From positions 1 to 37,270 of the IMG/VR virus record IMGVR_UViG_3300017766_001679: a stretch of 37,270 nt of DNA; one strand, given 5' to 3'. The notes under the pieces were generated by a model. The model was not told the DNA's origin and searched no databases. It saw only the letters and a list, made by a program, of their open reading frames with translations. Below are positions 10,041 through 17,577 of the stretch, piece after piece; the stretch's first letter is position 1; each line of letters begins with the position of its first letter. Position numbers and translations under genes: made by a program. Origin of the DNA: a virus (Duplodnaviria > Caudoviricetes).

Positions 10041-10252
10041 GAAGGCATTATAGCCTCACTTCTCCAAACTCGTAAACCGTATTTCCCTTTCTCCACAACT
10101 TGTTTACAAATAATTTGGATTCCCAGCCTCCGTGCTTCGCCCTCAACAAACCGCTGGGTTAGCCGCCTGTCGATGCAAGGGACAAAGAACGAGGTTCCGG
10201 GCTTAAACTTCTCCCACTGGATCAGCAGTGGAAGATTCAGAATCTTTAGCAT
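9995..10252 (-). CDS. Small conserved phage protein (GxSFFVP...GLRVWR type)
   Basis: 85 aa. The FKPGTSFFVPC and GLRVWR motifs recur in small phage proteins. Overlaps the primase 3' end; the exact start is uncertain. Confidence 0.6.
   Translation of the reverse strand: MLKILNLPLLIQWEKFKPGTSFFVPCIDRRLTQRFVEGEARRLGIQIICKQVVEKGKYGLRVWRSEAIMPSHSSSPLLEKNSTPG
10047..10076 (-). promoter_or_regulatory. sigma70-type promoter for the candidate sRNA
   Basis: TTTACG-N18-TATAAT on the minus strand (perfect -10), embedded in the 3' part of ORF 9995-10252. Confidence 0.55.
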
Positions 10253-13073
10253 TTAATAGTACGGCGTCGTCAAAAAACTCTAGTTTGGTGGTGTCAAACC
10301 ACAGAGCGTTTACGGGTGCTTGGGTGTTGGCGGCTGTACCTGCCGTCATACGTTTCTTCTTGATCTCAAGCAGGGCCTTGGTTTTGCGGTACGGGGCAAG
10401 CGATTCCTCAAAGTTAATAAAGTTCTTGGAGCAGTCATCCCGGTAGGTGCGAACCACGACGAATAGCAGTTTGGTATCCGGCTCATAACGGGCAGTAAGT
10501 GCTCCACGGGGTTCGCGGATGGGGCTTTGCTCTAGCCCAGTGCGCTTGTCATTCTTACCATTGATAACAAGAATCTCATGGAAGTGCCGTTGTAGGAAGC
10601 CACCGATGTAGTCGTCTGCGTCAAACATGTACTCTTTGTTGCGCTTGCGGGTATCCCCAATCAGTTGCACGCCAAAGTTAAACACGGGCTTAATAGGAAT
10701 GTCGTGTATTCCAAGCGTCTTAGCAATTGACCCACCCGCGATAGCCAGTGAAGTCATAGCCGCCCAAAACCGTTCCGAGTTCTTAGTCTTTGCTGCCTCG
10801 TCAATCCGCTCCTGTACCCGGATCAATTGCTCCTTAACTGTGGGTAGTTGGTTCAGGATTGCCCGACTGTATATATCAACGGCGTGCCCATAGTTATCCA
10901 TGAGCCTGCCAAAGTGGTTGCGTGCCCATGCTGGGTCATCATACGGATCGGGTTTTATGTTGATCTCCAGCACACGCATCAATTCGCCATCTGGAAAACT
11001 CTTAATGGATAGCAGTGAATCGGGTACGGACCGGTTAGATGAAGTGATTAACCCCGTTGCCCACTTGGTATGGTTGAGGCGTTCGGCGTTGTCGTGCTGT
11101 CTTAGTCGGTGCTTACCCCGTCCCGAGGTCACGTCATAAATCTGTTGTGACATTTGATCCGGCGGCATATTGGTGATCTCGTCCATTGTGAGCGCAAAGT
11201 TCTGCATCGTGCCCATGCGTTGCATACGAGCGTTGTAGGTATCTTTGGGAGATAGCAGTAATTCTTTGGGTCTACCGTAGATACTGTTGATGGCTTGCAG
11301 GATGGTGGTCTTACCCGATCCGGACTCACGGCTCATGAGGTTTAGGAGGAACCCATCAAGCGAGGTGAAACGAAGGAGCATGCACCCAAATCCCATGAAG
11401 AACGCAAACGCACGGTCCTCCATACCCTCACGTCCGTAGGCGTTGATAACATCTTTCCATACATGGAAGTCGCCCTTGGCTTGGAACAAAGGTATTAGTG
11501 GTAAGGTGGGGCCGGATGGTGGGCTATATACCGTCTCAGTGGCGCGTATTTCTCTGTCGCCTACGATGATGCCCGACTCATCTTCAATCCATCCGAACTG
11601 TTTGTGGGCTTTCTCCGCTTGTGATGTCATCTGCAATTCCTCAATCCATTTTGTTACATACATCATTAAGGTGTCCTGTTGTTTTGTTAGTACGGCTACC
11701 CCCTGCGAGGCAATCGTGTCCCTAAATTTTTCTTTTGACAGCGCATGTGCTAACGGCATGATGAATTCCCGCACACCATCTTTGGGCAGGTGTAGGCGCA
11801 GTAGCATGGTTTCCCCCAAGTCAGGGTCAATCATTCGCTTCACAACATAAAAGTCATACGGATAAACAAGTTCGTCTTTATCGTTATCGTCCCGGTCCTT
11901 GGTATGCACGAAGATGCCACCGGACTTACCCCTGAAGAAAGGCCACGGGAACTTGGGGATGTTGTAAGTCTTTAATTCCTTGGTCTGCGGCACTACGTCC
12001 AAGACCACACTTTCCTCTTCCGTAGCCTCAACGATCTCTTTACCCAACTGAATTGGAGATGTGATTTTGTGCGTACAGCCTTCGCATCCAGACGGGTTTA
12101 GTTTCTTAAACGTCTCGCAGGTATACGGACCTTTTGTTTGATTGGCTTTGTCCTCAGTATCTTGAGGGTGGTATGCAGGGTGCTGTTTAGAGATAACATG
12201 CACGGCCTTATCTCGGTCTACGCAGACTTGGGCAATACTCAATCCCGCACGCCATAGCGGCTCTTCAATAGACTTTTGGTTCTCGTAAATGTTAAGGATC
12301 TGATTACAGCCAGTACCCTCGGCGCTTTTGACTAGGATGGTTTTAAACCGGGACTGGCTACTACCCATGAGCGCCAAGGTAAGCGCATCCATCGGGCGTT
12401 TGAATTCGGCCTTCTGCAAATCCTTCAGGATTCCCTCAGTAGGCTCAAGTATCTCTTTGATCTTCTCGTTGGTAAGTACGGGCGCTAGGTAAAGCACCTC
12501 GACCGGAATCGGGTTTGTTGGGTCTTTAATGTGGTTAGACTCGACGGTGCGCAACACTCGAGCGGCATCAGCAGGTACGGCATAGTCGATATCAAAGTTA
12601 TGCTCGGTACATAATTCTTTCAGACGTTCGGCGTGCGGCTTCCACTCGGTACGCTCCATCGGGGTTTCAAATACCCAGTACAGATGCGCCCCGCGTCCGG
12701 AACGGACAATCGTTGGACGGGGTAGTTTGACCGCAACACAAAACTTCTTAAGAGCAATCAGCCCATCTTCCAAAGTTGGGTAGGGTTTTCCTTCTCCGCA
12801 ATCTAAATCAATGAAGAAAGACTTCAGGGCCAGTGCGTTTGTTGCGTACCGCCCGTTATCAGCAGGCCCGTACTTAGCCATACCATTGAACCCGTTAAAC
12901 CCATTACCTTGCAGTGCATCAACCTGATCGCTCAATTCGTCAAAGGAAGTGGCAAAATTCTGACGGACTAATTTCTTCCCGTTCTGATCTTCCTTGTTCC
13001 CCCAACTGCAATAGTTCTCGCCTTCTTCGAGGGGCGGTAAAACTAGAGCAAAAAACTCTTTCCTTGAAAGCAT
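10203..13073 (-). CDS. Primase-helicase (AEP/RepB-like primase + DUF927 + P-loop helicase)
   Basis: Primase motifs FFIDLDC, RSGRGAHLYW and DAARVLR. Cys cluster CETF...CEGC. Walker A ESGSGKTT and Walker B LTMDE. Confidence 0.85.
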   Translation of the reverse strand: MLSRKEFFALVLPPLEEGENYCSWGNKEDQNGKKLVRQNFATSFDELSDQVDALQGNGFNGFNGMAKYGPADNGRYATNALALKSFFIDLDCGEGKPYPTLEDGLIALKKFCVAVKLPRPTIVRSGRGAHLYWVFETPMERTEWKPHAERLKELCTEHNFDIDYAVPADAARVLRTVESNHIKDPTNPIPVEVLYLAPVLTNEKIKEILEPTEGILKDLQKAEFKRPMDALTLALMGSSQSRFKTILVKSAEGTGCNQILNIYENQKSIEEPLWRAGLSIAQVCVDRDKAVHVISKQHPAYHPQDTEDKANQTKGPYTCETFKKLNPSGCEGCTHKITSPIQLGKEIVEATEEESVVLDVVPQTKELKTYNIPKFPWPFFRGKSGGIFVHTKDRDDNDKDELVYPYDFYVVKRMIDPDLGETMLLRLHLPKDGVREFIMPLAHALSKEKFRDTIASQGVAVLTKQQDTLMMYVTKWIEELQMTSQAEKAHKQFGWIEDESGIIVGDREIRATETVYSPPSGPTLPLIPLFQAKGDFHVWKDVINAYGREGMEDRAFAFFMGFGCMLLRFTSLDGFLLNLMSRESGSGKTTILQAINSIYGRPKELLLSPKDTYNARMQRMGTMQNFALTMDEITNMPPDQMSQQIYDVTSGRGKHRLRQHDNAERLNHTKWATGLITSSNRSVPDSLLSIKSFPDGELMRVLEINIKPDPYDDPAWARNHFGRLMDNYGHAVDIYSRAILNQLPTVKEQLIRVQERIDEAAKTKNSERFWAAMTSLAIAGGSIAKTLGIHDIPIKPVFNFGVQLIGDTRKRNKEYMFDADDYIGGFLQRHFHEILVINGKNDKRTGLEQSPIREPRGALTARYEPDTKLLFVVVRTYRDDCSKNFINFEESLAPYRKTKALLEIKKKRMTAGTAANTQAPVNALWFDTTKLEFFDDAVLLNAKDSESSTADPVGEV

Positions 13074-13165
13074 AGCCGTCCTTAACGCACCGTTCTAATA
13101 GGAGAGGATGGGCAGGGGTGCGACGGCGTACACCCTTTTCGATTGCGCAATCTAGCCCCCTCGAA
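13074..13165 (-). promoter_or_regulatory. Structured 5' leader RNA of primase (three-way junction with loop-RBS pseudoknot)
   Basis: Stems GAGG-GGGC/GCCC-AU-CCUC, GAUU/AAUC and GGGUGU/GCACCC. The loop GCCGUC is complementary to GACGGC in AAGGACGGCUAUG. Confidence 0.55.
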
Positions 13166-13171
13166 ACTGAC

Positions 13172-13402
13172 TTATTTCAACTTTTCAATTAACTTCCGCA
13201 TTTTGGCTTCGTGCTTTGGTGACACCACCGCTTCCCCTTTGAACCACGAGTAAACGGCTACCCTACTTACCTCGAAGAACTCAGCAATGTCTTTAACCGG
13301 AATATCCAGTTCAACACACCGTCTGCCAAGTTGTACTCCGAGGAAGCGAGAGTCAGCGTTACGAATCTCCTCTGCGGTCAGCAGTGAATATCCTTTAGGC
13401 AT
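13172..13402 (-). CDS. XRE/Cro-type helix-turn-helix protein
   Basis: VKDIAEFFEVSRVAVYSWFKG HTH. The ATG at 13402 lies 2 nt after the upstream stop and is preferred to the track's 13420. Confidence 0.75.
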   Translation of the reverse strand: MPKGYSLLTAEEIRNADSRFLGVQLGRRCVELDIPVKDIAEFFEVSRVAVYSWFKGEAVVSPKHEAKMRKLIEKLK

Positions 13403-13404
13403 CG

Positions 13405-14298
13405 TTATTCGTCGTCCCATTCGTTAAGGATTTTGGACAAGTCTTTCTTTTCGGCGGGGGCCTCCTCCTTCTTAGCACTACGCTTGACTGGCTCCTCAAC
13501 CTCTTCGACCTCAACGACTTCTGCCTTAGCGGGTTTAGCCGCTTCTAGTTTGGGGGCTTGTGGCTCCTTCACATTGTCCGCTTGAGAAACCGTCATGGTA
13601 ATGGCACGCTGTGCGGCATCCGACTTACCTTGATCAATCACCATGTTGTGCTCGTCAGGGTTCAAAACTTTAATCGGTTTGAACGTCAGTTTGGGTGTAG
13701 CACTGCTCGTGTCAAAACGCATCTCAGTAACAACAGCCGTGATAGGCACGCCCTTACTACCAATCATCTTGGCGTAAGTTTGCAAAGGCCACTTCCCGGG
13801 TTCTCCAGCACCGAAGATAGATGCGGCAGGTAGGGTCAACTGGAACACATCACCTTGCAAGTCATTTGCCAACACAACTGCAAGACGCTGGCTGAAACGG
13901 CAAGCACGGGAATCACCTTGACCTGAACCCTTTGCGTTTTGTGGGCAGTCAAGGCAACGCTTAGATTGTGGTGCGGTTGCTGTAGGATCAGGCACTTCAC
14001 CGTCAGCAGACCAACAATCCGGTGCAGTTACATCTCCACCTTCGGTGTACGACTTAGCGTACCAAGTGCGGGATACTTTGGGTGAAGCCGCTACGATTAC
14101 TACATTCATAGCGCGGTCTTCGTTTTTGGCAATCTCTTTACCGTTAACCATCATGCGCCACACACCACCCTTGATGGAGATACGTTTGATACCGCCGCCA
14201 CCGCTACCACCCATAAGGGCTTTAGTAGTGGAGTCTAACTCTAGTTCTTTCAAATACGATGGCAGGCCACCGTCAAGCACAGCAAGATCGTTACTCAT
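13405..14298 (-). CDS. Putative single-stranded DNA-binding protein
   Basis: 297 aa in the replication cluster. Cys pattern PDCWS..CLDCPQN..RACR and an acidic C-terminal tail (LNEWDDE). Function inferred from position and tail. Confidence 0.55.
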   Translation of the reverse strand: MSNDLAVLDGGLPSYLKELELDSTTKALMGGSGGGGIKRISIKGGVWRMMVNGKEIAKNEDRAMNVVIVAASPKVSRTWYAKSYTEGGDVTAPDCWSADGEVPDPTATAPQSKRCLDCPQNAKGSGQGDSRACRFSQRLAVVLANDLQGDVFQLTLPAASIFGAGEPGKWPLQTYAKMIGSKGVPITAVVTEMRFDTSSATPKLTFKPIKVLNPDEHNMVIDQGKSDAAQRAITMTVSQADNVKEPQAPKLEAAKPAKAEVVEVEEVEEPVKRSAKKEEAPAEKKDLSKILNEWDDE

Positions 14299-14307
14299 TT
14301 AACACTC

Positions 14308-14691
14308 CTATCTTTTGGTTATTACTATGGTTTGATTTGCATCCGCGTTCAGCCCCGGCGGGTGCAAGTCGGGGTTTTCTTCAAGAAACTGATCCATGTT
14401 TGCGTTGTTGATACGTTGTTGCATTAACGCAAACGCATCGTGCTCCTTGATGAAGTTAAAAAAAGATTCCCAATCGTTAGTCCAGTAACGCCTAGAAATT
14501 CTTCGGGATATTGTTCCATGCTCAGTACGGATCGTAGCCGCACCTTGTTCTTTGCAGATCTCTAACAGAGCAGAAGAAACTTCGGCTAACTGCTCCTCTA
14601 GTTCTTTGTCTTGCTTCGCTAGTTCTCTACGCTTCTCACGAATTTTAACGTAAATTTTAGTGAGCCTTTCGGCATTTACTTCATTTGTCAT
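14308..14691 (-). CDS. Conserved phage replication-module protein (N-terminal coiled coil)
   Basis: ATG at 14691 with RBS AAGGAAG (alternative GTG at 14697). Coiled coil followed by IRTEHGT...DWESF. Confidence 0.7.
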   Translation of the reverse strand: MTNEVNAERLTKIYVKIREKRRELAKQDKELEEQLAEVSSALLEICKEQGAATIRTEHGTISRRISRRYWTNDWESFFNFIKEHDAFALMQQRINNANMDQFLEENPDLHPPGLNADANQTIVITKR

Positions 14692-14718
14692 TTGCACTCT
14701 TCCTTTTAGTTTTTTTAA

Positions 14719-14747
14719 ATACTAATCCCACTACTTTACTTTGTCAA
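14719..14747 (-). promoter_or_regulatory. sigma70-type promoter
   Basis: TTGACA-N17-TAGTAT upstream of the 14691 gene. Confidence 0.75.
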
Positions 14748-16291
14748 GTATCTTCCACAATATTTTTATAAAGATCAATTAACCGAGTATGTATATCAAC
14801 TTTTTCTGACAACATTTTATAGATACGCTTTTCAACGGGGCTGCCTTGGATATGTACAACGGTACATGGGTTGCGTTGCCCTGCACGATGCACGCGGGCG
14901 TTAGCCTGCAAGTAAGTCTCAATAGATGTTATAGGCCCCCACCAAACCACGACGTTGGCGGCATGTAGTGTGACACCGTGTGCGGCGGCTTGAGGCTGTA
15001 TGACAAGCACATGAGGGTTTTCCTCAGTTTGAAATTTCGCAAATATTTCTGTACGTTTCGTGGCGCTAATGCCCCCGTGGATTACTTCGCAACTAATTGA
15101 CTTGGCTTTTAGTTCTTCCGCGATGATCTCGATGGCGTGCCTAAAGGGTGCAAACACAATCACTTTATGGCTGGCTTCCTCAATGACCTCAAGCAATGCA
15201 TGCATGCGGCTCTTGGCATCAAAGGCTACGATCTCACCACTATCCGAGTACACCGCGCCACACGATAATTGCAGTAACTTGTTAAGGTTTGCCGCCGCAT
15301 TGACTGTGGTTATCTCTTCCCCCGCCGCGATAGCCATCATATTCTTGCGGATCGTTTCGTAGAACTTAATTTGTTGGCTAGTCAGGGGTACTTCTCGGGT
15401 CACGTAGGTCATGTCCGGTAAGTCTAGGCACTCCTCCTTGGTGAACCGGATCGCAGGTTGTAGCACGTCATGTAGTACCCGCTCAGACGATGGCTTGGGT
15501 AGCCACTTAAATTGGGTAATCTTTTGCATGACCATATCGCGGAACGCCCCAAAGAACTTGGGCACACCAGACGGATTGATGATCTTGGCTAGGCCGTAAG
15601 CATCTGTAGGGGACTGTGACGCCGGGGTTCCTGTCAACATCCAAACCCAAGTGTCCGCACGGATAATGCTTACCAGAGTTTTCCAACGCTTTGTGGAAAC
15701 ATTTTTATAGGCGTTAGCCTCGTCTACCACAATCAGATCAAACTTGGCTTCGTTGATTTCGTTTTTGACAATCTCCAAGCCATCGTAATTGATGATGACA
15801 AACTCAGCCTCACTCTTGATTGCCTTGATTCTGTTGTCTTTGCTGTAACTGTGGGCTATGGCGCATGAGCGGTGCATAGCAAACTTAAAAAGATCCGCTT
15901 CCCAAGCCGACTGCATGATGGATAGAGGGCAAAGCACAAGCACCCGCTTGATGGCGTTCTGCGTCATTAGGTAGTCTGCCGCCCAAATTACGGACGACGT
16001 TTTACCTGTGCCCTGCTCGTTAAAGCAGAAAGCCCTGCGGTGTAGGGTTAGAAACGATGCCGTGTCCCGTTGATGGGAGAACGGACGATATAGCCCGGGC
16101 CAGTCGTATGCCGCTTGGATGGGGGATGGCACGTTCTTGATGCGCAAATTCTTGAGCACCTGCGCTTCTTCCAACCCCCACTTGACTAGCACTTCGCCTG
16201 AATCAAGGATCTTGCTTTTCGGTATTACCGTGGTGATGCGGCTAGGTTCTCTGACCCTTAACAGCAACGCCTTGTTTTCAACTATTTGCAC
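14744..16291 (-). CDS. SNF2-family (SF2) helicase
   Basis: EQGTGKT, VLVLCP, IVVDEA, LTGTP, KLLQL, HGVTL, QANARVHRAGQ. Confidence 0.92.
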   Translation of the reverse strand: MQIVENKALLLRVREPSRITTVIPKSKILDSGEVLVKWGLEEAQVLKNLRIKNVPSPIQAAYDWPGLYRPFSHQRDTASFLTLHRRAFCFNEQGTGKTSSVIWAADYLMTQNAIKRVLVLCPLSIMQSAWEADLFKFAMHRSCAIAHSYSKDNRIKAIKSEAEFVIINYDGLEIVKNEINEAKFDLIVVDEANAYKNVSTKRWKTLVSIIRADTWVWMLTGTPASQSPTDAYGLAKIINPSGVPKFFGAFRDMVMQKITQFKWLPKPSSERVLHDVLQPAIRFTKEECLDLPDMTYVTREVPLTSQQIKFYETIRKNMMAIAAGEEITTVNAAANLNKLLQLSCGAVYSDSGEIVAFDAKSRMHALLEVIEEASHKVIVFAPFRHAIEIIAEELKAKSISCEVIHGGISATKRTEIFAKFQTEENPHVLVIQPQAAAHGVTLHAANVVVWWGPITSIETYLQANARVHRAGQRNPCTVVHIQGSPVEKRIYKMLSEKVDIHTRLIDLYKNIVEDT

Positions 16292-16312
16292 TCATCTCTC
16301 CATGACGCCGAT

Positions 16313-16343
16313 AGGCCGAAAGTGGTCTGTCCACTTTCAGCCT
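16313..16343 (-). promoter_or_regulatory. 13-bp hairpin in the helicase 5' leader
   Basis: AGGCUGAAAGUGG-ACAGA-CCACUUUCGGCCU (one U-G pair), with no U tract. Confidence 0.5.
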
Positions 16344-16369
16344 CGAAAACTTTACTTTGTAAAACTAAA

Positions 16370-16666
16370 TTACTTCTTTTTCCGCTCTCGCGGACTTACT
16401 TCTGAAACCATACCACGTTTTGCATCCCGGTCAAAAGACCGATTTGTTGATGCAGGTACTACTTTAGTGCGGCTCTTTGCCCCACCCTTGGATATTGCTT
16501 TGGTGTGGTGTACGTCTGTACCGTCGCCCTTACTTGCCTTACCGTCCCGAATAGCATCCCGCCGTGCCTTATTGCGCAGTGCACGATTTTTCTTCTGCTC
16601 AGGCGTGCCTTGATACTCGGCATACTCCCGGTCATAGTTGCGGTCTGACTTGTTCTTGTAAGGCAT
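16370..16666 (-). CDS. Small HNH-type endonuclease
   Basis: GDGTDVHHTKAISKGG...VVPASTNRS. Confidence 0.7.
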   Translation of the reverse strand: MPYKNKSDRNYDREYAEYQGTPEQKKNRALRNKARRDAIRDGKASKGDGTDVHHTKAISKGGAKSRTKVVPASTNRSFDRDAKRGMVSEVSPRERKKK

Positions 16667-17341
16667 TTAGCGGTACTCACCTTTTCCGTTATGGGCACAG
16701 TCTTTCACAGCACAGAAATTTTTGCAAGTGAAATTTGGTCGGGGATTCCATACGTCCAGTTCGATTGCTTTTTCCAATCGATTTGTATCTTCGATCCATT
16801 TTAACCAATAAGTATGCGACTGATCTGCATCGTATTTAGCCTTTACAAAGTCGTTTGCCACCACAAAAAGTAGCCCTGCCTTGACCTTTTTGACCTTTGG
16901 AAAGTGCTTAAAGATAGCCAAGGACAGGATTTCTAACTGCTTGGTGTCCGCGTAGGCGGCAGATTTTCCGGTCTTGTAGTCCACCACATAGGCTTGGTCG
17001 TCTTTCATAATGATTAAGTCAGCAATCCCACGCCACCAAACTTGTTTGTCAAAGAACTTACATGCCTGCAAGTCCCTCGTTAATCCAAGCCGATACTCGC
17101 ACAGGGCTTCCCCTTCAATACTACGCAGGGCTTCTAGGGCTTCCGTCATGTAGGCATACTGCGGCGGGATGGGTTTCCCGTCCCTAATAAATTCTTCGGC
17201 GGCTTTGTGTACTGCTAACCCATAGCGCAGGTGCTCGGTCTGCGGCTCAACCACATCCTTCTTGACCTTAAGACGGTAGTATTTGTGGGGGCACTGCTTA
17301 AATAAATCCAGCGATGAGTAAGACCAAGTGTATTTAGTCAT
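16667..17341 (-). CDS. PD-(D/E)XK exonuclease, Cas4/RecB-like
   Basis: SYSSL..FKQCP, G..VH, E..L, RGIADL, VVDYKTGK, QL..., and C-terminal C...C....C. Confidence 0.85.
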   Translation of the reverse strand: MTKYTWSYSSLDLFKQCPHKYYRLKVKKDVVEPQTEHLRYGLAVHKAAEEFIRDGKPIPPQYAYMTEALEALRSIEGEALCEYRLGLTRDLQACKFFDKQVWWRGIADLIIMKDDQAYVVDYKTGKSAAYADTKQLEILSLAIFKHFPKVKKVKAGLLFVVANDFVKAKYDADQSHTYWLKWIEDTNRLEKAIELDVWNPRPNFTCKNFCAVKDCAHNGKGEYR

Positions 17342-17577
17342 TCTTTGACGTGGCTTTTTATAGCCGCCCTCATTAGCCGCAGTTCAACAATCGTCTGATC
17401 AATCGTTGCCGCTGCCGCCACAAAATCTTTACTCAGCAAAAGCACATGGATTTCTTTTAGTAACTCCTTGACTTTTAGTTCGTGAGCCGTGTAGTTCAAG
17501 GAAGTATCTATTCTTACTGCCGTACTTTGCAGGGAGGCAACAGCGTTATACGCCCCAACACCTTTAACATTTACCAT
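17338..17577 (-). CDS. Hypothetical protein
   Basis: ATG at 17577 with RBS GGAG. Overlap-coupled to both neighbours. Confidence 0.6.
   Translation of the reverse strand: MVNVKGVGAYNAVASLQSTAVRIDTSLNYTAHELKVKELLKEIHVLLLSKDFVAAAATIDQTIVELRLMRAAIKSHVKE

Noticed and set aside
13104-13162. Primase leader as a hammerhead ribozyme (three stems plus GAAA)
   Set aside because: The CUGAnGA core is absent.
16370-16666. HNH as a mobile homing endonuclease or intron
   Set aside because: It is short and free-standing, has no extra DNA-binding domain, and the neighbouring genes are uninterrupted.
16667-17341. Cas4-like gene as evidence of a CRISPR-Cas system
   Set aside because: No array or other cas genes. 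Stand-alone Cas4-like exonucleases are normal beside phage PolA.
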